Below, in pieces: positions 30,338 to 42,268 of a stretch of 64,000 nucleotides of DNA. The notes below the pieces were generated by a model, which saw nothing but the letters and a program-made list of their open reading frames with translations, searched no databases and had not been told where the DNA came from. The position numbers were made by a program, and so were the translations under genes. Source of the DNA: an uncultured Christensenellaceae bacterium (GTDB lineage Bacteria; Bacillota; Clostridia; Christensenellales; UBA3700); assembly GCA_910587685.1 (NCBI GenBank), contig CAJUMY010000003.1, forward strand, positions 64,600 to 128,599, given 5' to 3'. Numbering within the stretch: position 1 is the first letter of the stretch; each line of letters begins with the position of its first letter.

Positions 30338-33300
30338 TTAGTCCTCGATATCTTCCTCGAGTTTGAGCTGCTCTTCGTGCGATCTATTCTCGACGATAAC
30401 GCTTTCGCTCTGTTCTGCGGACTGAACGCCTATGGACTTATATATCTTCATACCCGTACCTGCAGGGATGAGCTTACCGAGAATAACGTTCTCTTTGAGT
30501 CCTCTGAGATTATCTATCTTATTCTTGATAGCGGCTTCCGTAAGTACTCTTGCGGTCTCTTGGAACGAAGCCGCAGACAGGAACGAATCAGTAGCAAGCG
30601 ACGCCTTTGTGATACCGAGAAGAGTTCTCTTAGCTCTTGCAGGTCTGCCGCCTTCGGTAAGAACCTTGTCGTTCTCCTCTTCGAAAGTGAAGAGATCCAC
30701 GAGTTCGCCGGGGAGCATATTCGTATCGCCCGAATCCTCTATTCTGACCTTTCTCATCATCTGTCTTATGATGATCTCGGCGTGCTTGTCGTTAGTTTCG
30801 ACACCGGAAGTACGGTACGCTATCTGAACCTGATTCATAAGGTATTCCTGAACGCCTCTAACGCCTCTCGCTCTCAGCATATCCTGCGGATTGATAGAAC
30901 CTTGCGTCAGTTCCTGACCTGCTTCGATTATATCTCCGTCTTTTACTACGAGTTTCTGAGTAAAGGCTATCTTGTACTCCTTAGCGTCGCCCTGAACGGG
31001 AGTGACCGTAACTGTTCTCGTATCGGGATTTACGGATACTCTGCCTGCTATCTCGGAGATAACGGCTTCGCCCTTAGGCTTCCTTGCCTCGAACAATTCT
31101 TCGACACGCGGGAGACCCTGAGTTATATCGTCCGCAGTTGCGACACCGCCCGAGTGGAACGTTCTCATCGTGAGCTGCGTACCCGGCTCGCCTATGGACT
31201 GAGCCGCTATAACGCCGACGGCTTCGCCGAGTTTAACGGGATTACCGGACGCCATATTCTTGCCGTAACACTTAGCGCAGATACCGTGCTTAGTCTTACA
31301 GGAAAGGGCGCTCCTTATCTTTATACCTCTGTCTTCGTTAGTTACTTTTTCGCCTCTCGACTCCTTGTCGTTCACGCGCGCCATGACCATATCTTCGATC
31401 TGCTTAGCCACGCTAGGCGAGATCATAGTGTCTTTAGGAGCGATAATTTCGCCCGTCGCGTAATCAACTACGTCTTCGACCGTATATCTTCCGTCTATTC
31501 TCGACGCAAGATTTTCGATTATCGTACCGCCGTTCATGATAGGCGTGATGAGAGTACCCTTGGTATCTCCGCAATCCTCTTCGTTAACGATAACGTCCTG
31601 AGCTACGTCGACGAGTCTTCTCGTCAAATAACCGGAGTCAGCCGTCTTAAGCGCTGTATCCGCAAGTCCCTTTCTACCGCCGTGCGACGATATGAAGTAC
31701 TCGAGAACGCTTAGTCCCTCTCTGTACGACGACTTGATAGGAAGCTCGACTATCTTACCTGACGGGTCTCTGACGAGACCTCTCATTCCGCAAAGCTGCG
31801 ATATCTGTCCCATGTTACCGCGGGCTCCGGAGTGAGCCATCATCCATATCGGGTTGAACTCGCCGAGCGCGTCCTTGAGGAGTTTATCTACGTTCTCCTT
31901 CGCGTTCTGCCATACTTTGATGGTCTGATTATATCTCTCTTCGTCGGTAAGTCTGCCTCTTTGATACTGTTGCTCTATCTTGAGCGACTGAGCTTCAGCC
32001 TCTTTGACTATCGCGCCCTTGTCTTCAGGGAGATTCATATCGAATACGCTCGTCGTTATTGCGCCGAGAGTAGAGTACTTGTATCCTTGAGCCTTTATCT
32101 TATCAAGTACTTGGCTCGTTGCGGTAGCGCCCTTGAGCTGGAAACACTTGTCGACTATTTTCGAAAGCTCTTTCTTTCCTACTCTGTCCTCTATCTCGAG
32201 ATCGAACATGTGCTCTGGATCGCTTCTGTCGACGAATCCGAGATCCTGCGGTATAGCTTGGTTGAATATTATTCTACCGACCGTGGTCTCGATGATCTTG
32301 CTCTTCATAACGCCGTCGATCTCTTTTTCCATCCTGACGTGTATCTTTGCCTGTAGCTCTATCTCCTTGAGCTGATAAGCCATAAGAGCCTCGTTCGCAG
32401 ACGAGAACCATCTTCCTGTGCCTTCGGCTTTCGGATTGACTATAGTAAGATAATAAGAACCGATGACCATATCCTGCGACGGAGAAACGATAGGTCTGCC
32501 GTCTGCAAGTTTGAGTATATTGTTAGTCGAAAGCATGAGAACTCTCGCCTCTGCCTGCGCCTCCAATGAAAGCGGAACGTGCACTGCCATCTGGTCTCCG
32601 TCGAAGTCGGCGTTGAACGCGCCGCACGCGAGCGGATGAAGTTTTATAGCTCTGCCTTCTACGAGCACGGGCTCGAAAGCCTGAATACCGAGTCTGTGGA
32701 GCGTAGGAGCTCTGTTAAGAAGTACGGGGTGATCCTGTATAACTTCTTCGAGTATATCCCAAACCTTGGGATCCTGTCTGTCTATTAGCTTTTTAGCGCT
32801 CTTTATGTTCTGAGTCTTTCCGTAATCGACGAGCTTCTTCATAACGAACGGCTTGAAAAGTTCGAGCGCCATTTCCTTAGGAAGACCGCACTGGTGCATT
32901 TTGAGCTCCGGACCGACGACTATGACCGAACGTCCCGAGTAGTCTACACGCTTACCGAGAAGGTTCTGTCTGAAACGACCCTGCTTACCTTTGAGCATAG
33001 CGGAGAGCGATTTGAGTTCTCTGTTGTTCGGACCGGTCACCGCCTTACCTCTTCTGCCGTTATCTATAAGAGCGTCGACAGCTTCCTGCAACATTCTTTT
33101 CTCGTTACGGACTATAATATCGGGCGCGCCCGACTCAATTAGTTTCTTAAGACGGTTATTTCTGTTGATGACTCTTCTGTAAAGGTCGTTAAGATCGCTA
33201 GTTGCGAATCTTCCGCCGTCAAGCGGGACCATAGGACGTATTTCCGGCGGAAGGACGGGAAGCACGTCGAGTATCATCCATTCGGGACGGTTGCCCGATA

Positions 33301-33955
33301 TTCTGAACGCCTCGATGACCTCGAGTCTCTTCACCGTCTTTACTCTCTTCGGACCGGTGCTGGTGGCAACGATCTGCTTGAGTTCTTCCGATTCCTTATC
33401 AAGGTCTATCTCGGAAAGCAGTTCCTTTACGGCTTCTGCGCCCATTCCGACGCGGAAAGCGTCGGCTCCGAATTCGGCTCTCGCGCTCCTCATTTCGTTA
33501 TCGTCTATGACCTGTTTTTTAGTAAACTTCGTAACGCCGGGATCGAGAACGACGAACTTATTGAGATAGATAACGCTGTCTACGTCTTTCGGCGACATAT
33601 CGAGCGCTATGCTTATTCTCGAAGGCACGCCTCTGAAGTACCATATATGCGATACTGGAGCGGCAAGTTCGATGTGACCCATTCTTTCGCGGCGAACTTT
33701 GCTCTTCGTTACTTCAACTCCGCACTTGTCGCAGATGATACCCTTATACTTTATCCTCTTATACTTACCGCAGTGACACTCCCAATCCTTAGTAGGTCCG
33801 AATATGACCTCGCAGAAGAGACCGTCTTTCTCCGGTTTTTGCGTTCTGTAATTGATAGTCTCTGGCTTTTTGACTTCGCCGTGCGACCAAGATCTGATTT
33901 TGTCAGGAGAAGCAACTCCTATCTGTATCGAATCGAAATTGTTGAGTTCAAACAT
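30338..33955 (-). CDS. rpoC: DNA-directed RNA polymerase subunit beta-prime
   Basis: 1205 aa. NADFDGDQM catalytic motif and zinc-binding Cys cluster near the N-terminus. Confidence 0.97.
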   Translation of the reverse strand: MFELNNFDSIQIGVASPDKIRSWSHGEVKKPETINYRTQKPEKDGLFCEVIFGPTKDWECHCGKYKRIKYKGIICDKCGVEVTKSKVRRERMGHIELAAPVSHIWYFRGVPSRISIALDMSPKDVDSVIYLNKFVVLDPGVTKFTKKQVIDDNEMRSARAEFGADAFRVGMGAEAVKELLSEIDLDKESEELKQIVATSTGPKRVKTVKRLEVIEAFRISGNRPEWMILDVLPVLPPEIRPMVPLDGGRFATSDLNDLYRRVINRNNRLKKLIESGAPDIIVRNEKRMLQEAVDALIDNGRRGKAVTGPNNRELKSLSAMLKGKQGRFRQNLLGKRVDYSGRSVIVVGPELKMHQCGLPKEMALELFKPFVMKKLVDYGKTQNIKSAKKLIDRQDPKVWDILEEVIQDHPVLLNRAPTLHRLGIQAFEPVLVEGRAIKLHPLACGAFNADFDGDQMAVHVPLSLEAQAEARVLMLSTNNILKLADGRPIVSPSQDMVIGSYYLTIVNPKAEGTGRWFSSANEALMAYQLKEIELQAKIHVRMEKEIDGVMKSKIIETTVGRIIFNQAIPQDLGFVDRSDPEHMFDLEIEDRVGKKELSKIVDKCFQLKGATATSQVLDKIKAQGYKYSTLGAITTSVFDMNLPEDKGAIVKEAEAQSLKIEQQYQRGRLTDEERYNQTIKVWQNAKENVDKLLKDALGEFNPIWMMAHSGARGNMGQISQLCGMRGLVRDPSGKIVELPIKSSYREGLSVLEYFISSHGGRKGLADTALKTADSGYLTRRLVDVAQDVIVNEEDCGDTKGTLITPIMNGGTIIENLASRIDGRYTVEDVVDYATGEIIAPKDTMISPSVAKQIEDMVMARVNDKESRGEKVTNEDRGIKIRSALSCKTKHGICAKCYGKNMASGNPVKLGEAVGVIAAQSIGEPGTQLTMRTFHSGGVATADDITQGLPRVEELFEARKPKGEAVISEIAGRVSVNPDTRTVTVTPVQGDAKEYKIAFTQKLVVKDGDIIEAGQELTQGSINPQDMLRARGVRGVQEYLMNQVQIAYRTSGVETNDKHAEIIIRQMMRKVRIEDSGDTNMLPGELVDLFTFEEENDKVLTEGGRPARAKRTLLGITKASLATDSFLSAASFQETARVLTEAAIKNKIDNLRGLKENVILGKLIPAGTGMKIYKSIGVQSAEQSESVIVENRSHEEQLKLEEDIED

Positions 33956-33970
33956 ATTCGCTACCTCCTA

Positions 33971-36900
33971 TTACTCATTGTCATCGTCGTCGAAAAGGCT
34001 GAATGAATCGCTTTCGTCATCGTCCAAGCCCACGTCGTCGAATCCGTCTTCCTCGTCGCCGCCGAAGAGATCGAGACTGAAGTCATCGTCGTCTTCATCG
34101 TCGTCGTTCATCGAAAGGCTGACGTCAACTTCCTTATAATCCTGCTCTCTATCGTGAGACGTATCGTAATCGTCGTCGGTCAGTTCTCTGAAACCGATCT
34201 CTTCCTTGTCCTCGGTAAGAACCTTAACGTCGAGCGCCAAAGACTGGAACTCTTTGATAAGAACTTTGAACGACTCGGGGATACCCGGCTCCGATATGCT
34301 GTTGCCTTTGACTATAGAATCGTAAGTCTTTACACGCCCTACGATATCGTCCGACTTGACAGTCAATATCTCCTGAAGTATATGCGACGCGCCGTAAGCC
34401 TCGAGCGCCCAAACCTCCATTTCTCCGAAACGCTGTCCGCCGAACTGCGCCTTACCGCCGAGCGGCTGCTGAGTTACGAGCGAGTACGGTCCCGTACTTC
34501 TTGCATGGATTTTGTCGTCGACAAGGTGGATAAGTTTAAGCATATACATGTAACCGACGGTTACTCTGTTCTCAAACGCTTCGCCCGTTCTTCCGTCGTA
34601 GAGTTTGATCTTACCGTTATTGGGAAGATTATTATCCACGAGAAGCTCCTGAATATCGTTCTCCGAAGCTCCGTCGAATACCGGAGTCGATACCTTGATG
34701 CCGAGCATATTCGCAACGAGTCCGAGGTGCACCTCGAGGACCTGTCCTATATTCATACGCGAAGGAACGCCGAGAGGATTGAGGACTATCTGAAGTCTCT
34801 GACCGTTATCGAGGAACGGCATATCTTCTCTCGGAAGCACTCTCGATACGACGCCCTTATTACCGTGACGTCCCGCCATCTTGTCTCCGACGGAAATCTT
34901 TCTCTTCTGAGCGACGTAGATACGCACGAGCTTCTTAACGCCCGGCGCGAGCTCGTCCTTGTTCTCTCTCGTAAACACCTTAACATCCACGACGATACCG
35001 CTCTCTCCGTGAGGAAGTCTCAAAGAAGTATCTCTTACTTCTCTCGACTTCTCGCCGAATATAGCTTTGAGAAGTCTCTCTTCGGGAGTAGGATCGGCTT
35101 CGCCCTTAGGCGTAACCTTACCTACGAGAATATCGCCGGAGTGAACTTCGGCGCCCACGCAGATGATACCGTCCTCGTCAAGATATTTGAGCACGTCGTC
35201 GCCGAGATTGGGAATATCTCTCGTTATCTGCTCCTCTCCGAGCTTCGTATCTCTGGCTTCGGTCTCGTACTCTTCTATATGGATAGACGTAAATACGTCG
35301 TCCTTTACCAAATCTTCGTTAATGAGGATAGCGTCCTCGTAGTTATAACCTTCCCACGACATGAAGCCTATGAGAATATTACGTCCGAGCGAAAGCTCTC
35401 CGTTATCGGTAGACGGACCGTCGGCAAGTATCATGCCCTTGACGACCTTATCTCCCTTCTTTACTATAGGACGCTGATTGATGCAAGTGCCCTGGTTGGA
35501 TCTCTTGAACTTGAGCAATTCGTATGTATCGCTCTGACCGCTAGGCATATCGACTCTAATCCTGTCGCCGCTGACGTATCCTACGATACCGTCGTTCTTC
35601 GCCACTACCATAACGCCCGAATCGTACGCTATCTTGTTCTCCATACCCGTGCCGACTATAGGAGCCTGAGGTTTGATGAGCGGAACTGCCTGACGTTGCA
35701 TGTTAGAACCCATGAGCGCTCTCGACGTATCGTCGTGCTCAAGGAACGGAATGAGCGACGCAGCGACGGAAATGAGCTGCTTCGGAGAAACGTCCATGTA
35801 ATCGACGTCTTTTGCGTCGTATTCCTTTATATCCTCTCTGTAACGGCAGTTAACACGCGGTCTTTCGAATCTGCTGTCCGCGGTAAGCGGCTCGTTAGCC
35901 TGAGCTACGACGTACTTGTCCTCTTCGTCAGCCTGAAGGTAATGCACTTCTTTGGTGACTATACCCGTCTCTTTATCGACCTTTCTGTAAGGAGCTTCGA
36001 TGAAGCCGTATTCGTTGACTCTCGCATAAGTTGCAAGCGACGAAATAAGACCTATGTTCTGACCTTCCGGCGTCTCTATAGGACATATTCTTCCGTAGTG
36101 AGTATAGTTGACGTCACGTACTTCGAAACTTGCTCTCTCTCTGTTAAGACCGCCGGGTCCGAGAGCCGAGAGTTTACGCTTATGAGTAAGCTCCGCTATA
36201 GGATTGTAATGATCCATGAACTGCGACAACTGCGAAGAACAGAAAAATTCCTTTACTACGCTCGTTACCGGCTTTATATTGATAAGAGACTGCGGAGTAG
36301 CCTTCTGCTCGTCGTCCGACGAATTGCTCATTCTCTCTCTTATTACTCTCTCGAGTCTCGTGATACCCAGTCTGAACTGGTTGGTCATGAGTTCGCCGAC
36401 CGAACGCACTCTTCTGTTAGCGAGGTGGTCGATATTGTCGACGCTGCCGAAACCGTGGCAAAGACCTATATTGTAGTTGACCGTAGCTATTATATCTTCG
36501 AGCGTGATGTGCTTTTTGACAAGCTCCTCTACATTCTCCTTAACTAGGCTCTTGAGCGCTTCAGCATCGCCGTTTGAGGCTTCGAGGAGCTTCTTGAGCG
36601 TCGGATAATATACGTGCTCCAAAATACCGAGTTCTCTCGGATCGACGTCTACGTACGCGGAAAGATCGACGGTAGCGTTACCTATCGTCTTGAATCTCTT
36701 CTTCTCTTCGCCGCTCTTAGTATCGTTTCTCTCGAGATATACTACGTTAACGCCTGCGTTCTGTATCTCCCAAGCCTTGCTCTCGCTGACCTTTTCGCCC
36801 TTTGTAGCAAGAACTTCGCCGTCCTCGGTGATAACGTCCTCGGCAAGCGTGAAGCCCGTTATACGTCTTGCGAGCGACAGTTTCTTATTGAACTTATACC

Positions 36901-37726
36901 TTCCTACTCTTGCAAGATCGTATCTTCTCGCGTCGAAGAAAGTATTATTGATGAGAGCCTTTACGCCGTCCATAGTAGGCACTTCGCCCGGACGGAGTCT
37001 CTTATAAAGCTCTATCATAGCGTCTTCCGAGTTGCGCGCGGAATCCTTAGCGATAGTGAGCTCTATCGTCTCGTCGTTTCCGAATAACTCCTTGAGCTCT
37101 TCGTCCGTACCGAAACCGAGCGCTCTCATAAGAGTAGTTCCCGATATCTTCCTATTCTTATCGACATTGACCCAAAGAATACCGTTGCTGTCCTGTTTGA
37201 ATTCAAGCCATGCGCCTCTGTTCGGAATTACCGTAGCGTCGTAACGCATTACGCCCGACTTGTCGAGAGTAGAACCGCAATAAACGCTTGGGCTTCTGAC
37301 AAGCTGGCTGACGATAACTCTCTCCGCGCCGTTGATTATGAACGAACCGTTCTCCGTCATGAGAGGAATATCTCCCATAAATACTTCCGATTCGGTAACG
37401 ACACCCGTATCCGTTCTTTCGAGTCTCGCCTTCACTTTAAGCGGCAACGCATAAGTTGCATCTCTGTTCTTGCATTCCTGAACGTCGTACTTGCTCTCGC
37501 CCTCGAGAGTATAGCCGTCGAAATAGAGCTTGAATCTTCCCGAAAAGTCAACGATCGGACTGAAATCGGCAAGAACCTCGCCTATGCCCTGTTCGAGGAA
37601 CAACTTGTAAGAGTCTTTCTGCAACTCAATTAGATACGGTATGTCGAGAGTATCTTCGATTTTCGAAAATGTAAATCTCTCGGTATTTCCGTACTTAACT
37701 TTCTTAAGCATTTGATCCTGAGACAT
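33971..37726 (-). CDS. rpoB: DNA-directed RNA polymerase subunit beta, with hyper-acidic C-terminal tail
   Basis: 1251 aa. Conserved beta-subunit blocks ([15 protein letters not shown]...). The last 46 residues include 25 D/E. Confidence 0.97.
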   Translation of the reverse strand: MSQDQMLKKVKYGNTERFTFSKIEDTLDIPYLIELQKDSYKLFLEQGIGEVLADFSPIVDFSGRFKLYFDGYTLEGESKYDVQECKNRDATYALPLKVKARLERTDTGVVTESEVFMGDIPLMTENGSFIINGAERVIVSQLVRSPSVYCGSTLDKSGVMRYDATVIPNRGAWLEFKQDSNGILWVNVDKNRKISGTTLMRALGFGTDEELKELFGNDETIELTIAKDSARNSEDAMIELYKRLRPGEVPTMDGVKALINNTFFDARRYDLARVGRYKFNKKLSLARRITGFTLAEDVITEDGEVLATKGEKVSESKAWEIQNAGVNVVYLERNDTKSGEEKKRFKTIGNATVDLSAYVDVDPRELGILEHVYYPTLKKLLEASNGDAEALKSLVKENVEELVKKHITLEDIIATVNYNIGLCHGFGSVDNIDHLANRRVRSVGELMTNQFRLGITRLERVIRERMSNSSDDEQKATPQSLINIKPVTSVVKEFFCSSQLSQFMDHYNPIAELTHKRKLSALGPGGLNRERASFEVRDVNYTHYGRICPIETPEGQNIGLISSLATYARVNEYGFIEAPYRKVDKETGIVTKEVHYLQADEEDKYVVAQANEPLTADSRFERPRVNCRYREDIKEYDAKDVDYMDVSPKQLISVAASLIPFLEHDDTSRALMGSNMQRQAVPLIKPQAPIVGTGMENKIAYDSGVMVVAKNDGIVGYVSGDRIRVDMPSGQSDTYELLKFKRSNQGTCINQRPIVKKGDKVVKGMILADGPSTDNGELSLGRNILIGFMSWEGYNYEDAILINEDLVKDDVFTSIHIEEYETEARDTKLGEEQITRDIPNLGDDVLKYLDEDGIICVGAEVHSGDILVGKVTPKGEADPTPEERLLKAIFGEKSREVRDTSLRLPHGESGIVVDVKVFTRENKDELAPGVKKLVRIYVAQKRKISVGDKMAGRHGNKGVVSRVLPREDMPFLDNGQRLQIVLNPLGVPSRMNIGQVLEVHLGLVANMLGIKVSTPVFDGASENDIQELLVDNNLPNNGKIKLYDGRTGEAFENRVTVGYMYMLKLIHLVDDKIHARSTGPYSLVTQQPLGGKAQFGGQRFGEMEVWALEAYGASHILQEILTVKSDDIVGRVKTYDSIVKGNSISEPGIPESFKVLIKEFQSLALDVKVLTEDKEEIGFRELTDDDYDTSHDREQDYKEVDVSLSMNDDDEDDDDFSLDLFGGDEEDGFDDVGLDDDESDSFSLFDDDDNE

Positions 37727-37860
37727 ATGTCACGCTCCTTAAAAAATCTATTTTCAAATTTTGCCAATAAAATGTGTAAAACGCGATATTCCCCTTACCC
37801 ATTACGCTCATGATATCCAAATGGGCAGTATACCACTTATACAATAATTATGCACTGTAA

Positions 37861-37890
37861 ATAGTATCATAGTGTTTTCAAGCAAGTCAA
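37861..37890 (-). promoter_or_regulatory. candidate rpoBC promoter (extended -10)
   Basis: Minus strand TTGACT-18 nt-(TGA)TACTAT, about 135 nt upstream of the rpoB ATG. Confidence 0.4.
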
Positions 37891-38017
37891 GCGAATTTTT
37901 ATTGATATCTAAAGAATTTTAATTAAATTCTTATATTTTTCGGCATCATCCCATAAAATACGACGCATTTTTCAAATAACTCTCGACTTATAGCGTAATT
38001 CTTCAGGGCTGTATATG

Positions 38018-38046
38018 TTGACAGTCACCTCTCGCTATGCTACAAT
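38018..38046 (+). promoter_or_regulatory. consensus sigma-70-type promoter for the HAD-rqcP-ispDF cluster
   Basis: TTGACA-17 nt-TACAAT. Leaves a 5' UTR of about 190 nt before ATG 38239. Confidence 0.6.
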
Positions 38047-38238
38047 ATATATTGTTTATTATATTTATATATAGTCGCCTTTTATATACAGTAACTGCCG
38101 ATAACGAGCCGAGCGGCGTAGATCCGCCTATGCGCGTAAGGCGAAAAACGGATAATTCCGCAAACTCCGTCTTCGCGACTTGAAAGCGGCGAGAATGGTA
38201 ACGGTATTATGGGAATACGGTAACCGCAGGAGATAACT

Positions 38239-38946
38239 ATGGCTATCAACATATATTTCGATTTTGATATGACGCTCGCCTACCGCATCATGATGTGGAC
38301 GGATACCGTAAGAGAGCTCCTTCTCGAAGAATGCGTAGTCGTAAAACGCGAAGATATACGCCCTTTTTATACGTTTAACGGTTACCCTTGGAACAGACCC
38401 GATCTCAGCCATGAAGAATTCTTCAAAGGCAAAGAATGGTGGCAGAATTCAAAGGACTTCCTTATCGAAGGTCTTATCGAAAAGGGTCTTACCGACGAAG
38501 CCACCGCAAGACGCGTCGCTGACAAGTTCCCATCAAGGTTCGCCGATATTCGATACTGGCGGCTGTTTAGCGATACTCTGCCCGCCGTTAAAAAATTAAA
38601 AGAGCTGGGCTATAGCGTAAATATTCTTTCAAATCACGTGCCCGAAGCCCGTGAAATAATAACTAAGCTCGGCATTATAGACGAATTCGACAGAGTGATA
38701 CTCTCTTCGGAGGTCGGATATGAAAAGCCAAACGAAGCCATATTCAAAATAGCCGTTTACGGTCGCGAAAACGATATAAACGTCATGGTAGGCGACAACT
38801 TCAACGCCGACGTAAAGGGCGCCATAAACGCCGGAATGAAGGCTATTCTGGTAAGAGAGAACAACTCCGGAAACTACAAATACTATCTCAAGGACCTAAA
38901 CGGACTCGACGCGATGATAGAAGAGGTAATAAATAATGAGACTTGA
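38239..38946 (+). CDS. HAD-superfamily hydrolase
   Basis: 235 aa. Motif I FDFDMTL, SNH (motif II-like), and GDNFNADVKGA (motif IV). Confidence 0.75.
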   Translation: MAINIYFDFDMTLAYRIMMWTDTVRELLLEECVVVKREDIRPFYTFNGYPWNRPDLSHEEFFKGKEWWQNSKDFLIEGLIEKGLTDEATARRVADKFPSRFADIRYWRLFSDTLPAVKKLKELGYSVNILSNHVPEAREIITKLGIIDEFDRVILSSEVGYEKPNEAIFKIAVYGRENDINVMVGDNFNADVKGAINAGMKAILVRENNSGNYKYYLKDLNGLDAMIEEVINNET

Positions 38947-39193
38947 TAAATATCTTAAGGTATCGAGAATAATAAAACGCCGCGCCGTTGCGAACGAAGC
39001 GTGCGACAACGGACGCGTCACGATAAACGGACGCGTGGCGAAAGCGGGAACGGTTGTCAACGTAAACGACGAAGTTACGATAGCTTTCGGTGACAAGCTC
39101 TTCGCTTTCCGCATACTGTCGATAAACGAAAACGCAAAGAAAGAAGATACTGCGTCCATGTACGAAATAATGACGGACAAGATAAAAAGCTGA
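38936..39193 (+). CDS. rqcP: S4-domain RNA-binding protein RqcP (YabO/Hsp15-like)
   Basis: 85 aa. MRLDKYLKVSRIIKRRAVANEACDNGRVTINGR... is close to B. subtilis YabO as I remember it. Confidence 0.8.
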   Translation: MRLDKYLKVSRIIKRRAVANEACDNGRVTINGRVAKAGTVVNVNDEVTIAFGDKLFAFRILSINENAKKEDTASMYEIMTDKIKS

Positions 39194-39370
39194 CGCTATA
39201 AAACGCGGCAACCGTAAATAACGACTGATATCCGAGGACTTCCCTCCGCCCCGCTTTATATTTCGCAGCGACGGCGGCGGCAATATCGAACTTCGATATT
39301 TTGCGCTATATACCGACAAAAATTATTATATTATTTATCCGACGCTATCGGATAATAGAACCGAAGGAGA

Positions 39371-40495
39371 ATGAGTTTGATAAACGCGATCATTCCGTGC
39401 GGAGGAGTGGGAAAACGCTCGGGACTAAGCTATAACAAAATATTTTATCCGATAGACGGCGCTCCGCTCATAGTAAAGACGGTGCGAGCTTTTCTCTCCG
39501 TCGAGGAAATAACGAAGATAATCGTCGTATATAACGAAGCCGACAGGCTCCGTATGGAAGAACTCTTCGGCGATAACGAAAAGATAGTCTTAACAGTCGG
39601 CGGCGAAAGCAGGAGCGAATCGGTGAAAGCGGGACTTGACGCCGTTGACGGCGACGCCGAATACGTCGTTATCCACGACGGGGCGCGGCCGTTCGTTACG
39701 GACAAGCTCATAAAGAGCGTGATAGACGCCGCTAAAGAAGAAACGGGCGGCGCGACGCTCTATATTCCCGTTACCGATACTATAAAACGCGTCCTGAACG
39801 GCGAAATAGACTCGACTCCGAACAGAGACGAATATGCGCTCATACAAACTCCGCAGGCGTTCAATACCGAAAAACTCAAATACGCATACTCGCGTCTTAA
39901 CGAACCGCTGAGCGACGACACGCAGGTATTCGAAAGATTCTTCGGCGGCGTAAAACTCGTATCGGGAGATAAAAATAACGTCAAGATAACTTCGAAAGAG
40001 GATCTGCCCGTCTCCTACCGCTCGGGAATCGGTTACGACACTCATCGCCTTGTCAAGGGACGCAAGCTGATACTCGGCGGCATCGACATACCTCACGAGA
40101 AAGGACTTTTAGGTCATTCAGACGCCGACGTATTGACTCACGCGATAACGGACAGCATGCTGAGCGCTTCGGGAGAGCGAGATATCGGCGTGCTTTTCCC
40201 CGATAACGACGCAAAATATAAGGACATATACAGCATATCTCTACTTAAAGAAGTATATAGGATAATAACCGCGAAAGGCTATAGCGTAGTTAATATCTCC
40301 GCGGTCGTCATGGCAGAAAAGCCAAAACTTCGCGACTATATCCCGCTAATGGCGAAAAAACTCGCCGATACTCTCGGCATAGACGAAACAAGCGTCAACA
40401 TATCCGCGACCACTACCGAAGGTATCGGACTCGTCGGCAGAGAGGAAGGCATATCTTCTAAGGCCGTATGTTTACTCAAATCGGAGGTTTTATAA
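39371..40495 (+). CDS. ispDF: bifunctional IspD/IspF (MEP cytidylyltransferase / MEcPP synthase)
   Basis: 374 aa. N-terminal IIPCGGVGKR (IspD) and C-terminal GIGYDTHRL...GHSDADVLTHA (IspF). The start could be TTG at 39377. Confidence 0.85.
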   Translation: MSLINAIIPCGGVGKRSGLSYNKIFYPIDGAPLIVKTVRAFLSVEEITKIIVVYNEADRLRMEELFGDNEKIVLTVGGESRSESVKAGLDAVDGDAEYVVIHDGARPFVTDKLIKSVIDAAKEETGGATLYIPVTDTIKRVLNGEIDSTPNRDEYALIQTPQAFNTEKLKYAYSRLNEPLSDDTQVFERFFGGVKLVSGDKNNVKITSKEDLPVSYRSGIGYDTHRLVKGRKLILGGIDIPHEKGLLGHSDADVLTHAITDSMLSASGERDIGVLFPDNDAKYKDIYSISLLKEVYRIITAKGYSVVNISAVVMAEKPKLRDYIPLMAKKLADTLGIDETSVNISATTTEGIGLVGREEGISSKAVCLLKSEVL

Positions 40496-41139
40496 TGCTT
40501 GAAAAATTTCTCGACGAACTGAATAAAGAAGCGACAAGAAAGGGCGTCACGGAAAACGACGTAAGCGGACTCGACGAACACTATACCGCGCTCTTTAATA
40601 AATACATAAAGCTCGGACAGAGCGAATTCGATATAATAAGACATTTCGGCGACCCCGAAAAGATAATATCCGATTATCTTTTAAGCGGAGAAATACCTCC
40701 GTCCGATATGGACGAATCTCTCCCTGCCGCGTTCATTCCCGAGTTCCTCATAAGAGAGGACGAGATAGCGGCTATGGATACCGATGAAATATCAAAAAAG
40801 AAAGAAAAGACGGAATATAAGCATGAAGTAATGAGCCGCAAGGCTCTCATTATCAACGACATCTTCTTGATAACTCCGGGACTTCTTATCGCCGCGTTCG
40901 GCGTGATAGCTCTCGCCGTCGTCTCCGTGTTTATGACCGCGGGAAGCGTCGTTCAAATGTTCGCGTGTTGGAATCTTGCGACTACAGCTGAGAAATGGGG
41001 CGGATTCGCTCTATCCGTAGTCGTCCTCGTTATGTCCGCGCTCTTCTACGTCCTAATAGTATGGATAGTAAAACTCATCGTCGGATATATGAGATCTTAC
41101 GTAAAGAATCACAAGGAATGTTGGGAGAAAAACGTATAA
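40495..41139 (+). CDS. DUF1700-like membrane protein
   Basis: ATG overlaps the ispDF stop (TAATG) after GGAGG. Helical N-domain ending FGDPEKIISDYL, then 2-3 TM segments. Confidence 0.5.
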   Translation: MLEKFLDELNKEATRKGVTENDVSGLDEHYTALFNKYIKLGQSEFDIIRHFGDPEKIISDYLLSGEIPPSDMDESLPAAFIPEFLIREDEIAAMDTDEISKKKEKTEYKHEVMSRKALIINDIFLITPGLLIAAFGVIALAVVSVFMTAGSVVQMFACWNLATTAEKWGGFALSVVVLVMSALFYVLIVWIVKLIVGYMRSYVKNHKECWEKNV

Positions 41140-41232
41140 CAAAAAGCGATACTATCGCTTTGAAAATTAAATTTTGAGACGGCTTCTATCGGAAATATCT
41201 CAAAATCGGTACGCGATAATTACTAAATAATA

Positions 41233-41685
41233 ATGATAAGAGATATAGAAGAAAAAGACAGAGAAATATTTATCGCTATGTGCGAAGAATTCTATTCATC
41301 CACCGCCGTGTCTCACAGCGTTCCTAAAAGTCACTTTGAAAGAACCTTCGAGGTCGTGACCCATAACTCTCCCTATTATAAAGGATATATGCTCGAGTAC
41401 GAGGGAAAGACAGTCGGATACGGACTCGTACAGCTCTCCTATTCTAACGAAGCGGGCGGTATGCAGATGTTCCTCGAAGAACTGTATATTCGCGAAGGAT
41501 ACAGAAACAAGGGACTTGGCAAAGAGTTTTTCGAACGCGTCTACGCATCGAGAGACGACGTCGTACGTTATAGGCTCGAAGTCACCGCCGTAAACGAAAG
41601 AGCGATATCCCTTTACAAAAGGCTGGGATATGAAAACCTCGACTACGTACAGATGATAAAAGACGTTGATAAAGATCCCCAATAA
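41233..41685 (+). CDS. GNAT-family N-acetyltransferase
   Basis: 150 aa. Acetyl-CoA motif YRNKGLGKEFF. Confidence 0.75.
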   Translation: MIRDIEEKDREIFIAMCEEFYSSTAVSHSVPKSHFERTFEVVTHNSPYYKGYMLEYEGKTVGYGLVQLSYSNEAGGMQMFLEELYIREGYRNKGLGKEFFERVYASRDDVVRYRLEVTAVNERAISLYKRLGYENLDYVQMIKDVDKDPQ

Positions 41686-41719
41686 TATAAATGCTATAAA
41701 GTATTAAAACTTAAAATTC

Positions 41720-41758
41720 AAGGCGAACCGAATTAACCGATTCGCCTTTTTTGATTTT
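41720..41758 (+). terminator. intrinsic terminator after the GNAT gene
   Basis: AAGGCGAACCG...CGATTCGCCTT followed by TTTTTTGATTTTT. Confidence 0.8.
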
Positions 41759-41795
41759 TCCGTACGTCGAAATCTCATCGTTCGTATCTTAAATG

Positions 41796-41993
41796 TTAGA
41801 TGAACCAAACGCTTTCGGCAAGCTCTTCATAACAATCTTTTTCTCTATCCGATGAAAAATTTATTTCTTCGAACTCGTCGCCGTACTCTTCTCTCATAAA
41901 GAATCGTAGTTCGCGAACATCTTCAAAATCGTATTCTCTGCATATCCTGTCAATAGCTCTCTTCTGTTCTTTAGTAAATATCGACTTTCTCAT
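41796..41993 (-). CDS. small acidic hypothetical protein (65 aa)
   Basis: GAGGAG SD 6 nt upstream of the ATG. No recognisable motif. Confidence 0.5.
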   Translation of the reverse strand: MRKSIFTKEQKRAIDRICREYDFEDVRELRFFMREEYGDEFEEINFSSDREKDCYEELAESVWFI

Positions 41994-42268
41994 AACATCT
42001 CCTCAACGGTACTTTGACATCAGACTATCAAAAAACGTGACTATGAATACTATTATCGCTACCATTCTTTTCCTCTCCTTTGTTCTTACGCAATACATTT
42101 TATATTTTAATTATGCAATATAAAATATGACATTTCGGTCATATTGAAAAAATTTATAAAAAATTTTTCTGCAACGGTTTTTATCGATCGTAAAAACAAA
42201 TAGAAATATATGCAAACAAAAAACGCAACCTTGATAAAAGATCGCGTTTTAACGATTTTAACGTTTGA

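Noticed and set aside
34154-36547. Very long ORFs antisense to core genes: 797 aa opposite rpoB, 445 aa opposite rpoC (30377..31714), 430 aa opposite ftsH (8661..9953), 451 aa opposite DUF1846 (51171..52526), and many shorter ones.
   Set aside because: I checked the coordinates modulo 3. All four of the longest share the exact codon boundaries of the sense gene. They therefore stay open simply because the sense genes rarely use TTA, CTA or TCA codons. They lack SD sequences, have odd R/L/S/V-rich composition, and sit opposite genes with unmistakable motifs.
38047-38238. A 190-nt 5' UTR after the consensus promoter, as a possible riboswitch or leader peptide (a 17-aa ORF MRVRRKTDNSANSVFAT is present).
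   Set aside because: It has no match to any riboswitch core I know (TPP, SAM, c-di-GMP, preQ1, ZTP...), only weak hairpins, and the mini-ORF has no SD.
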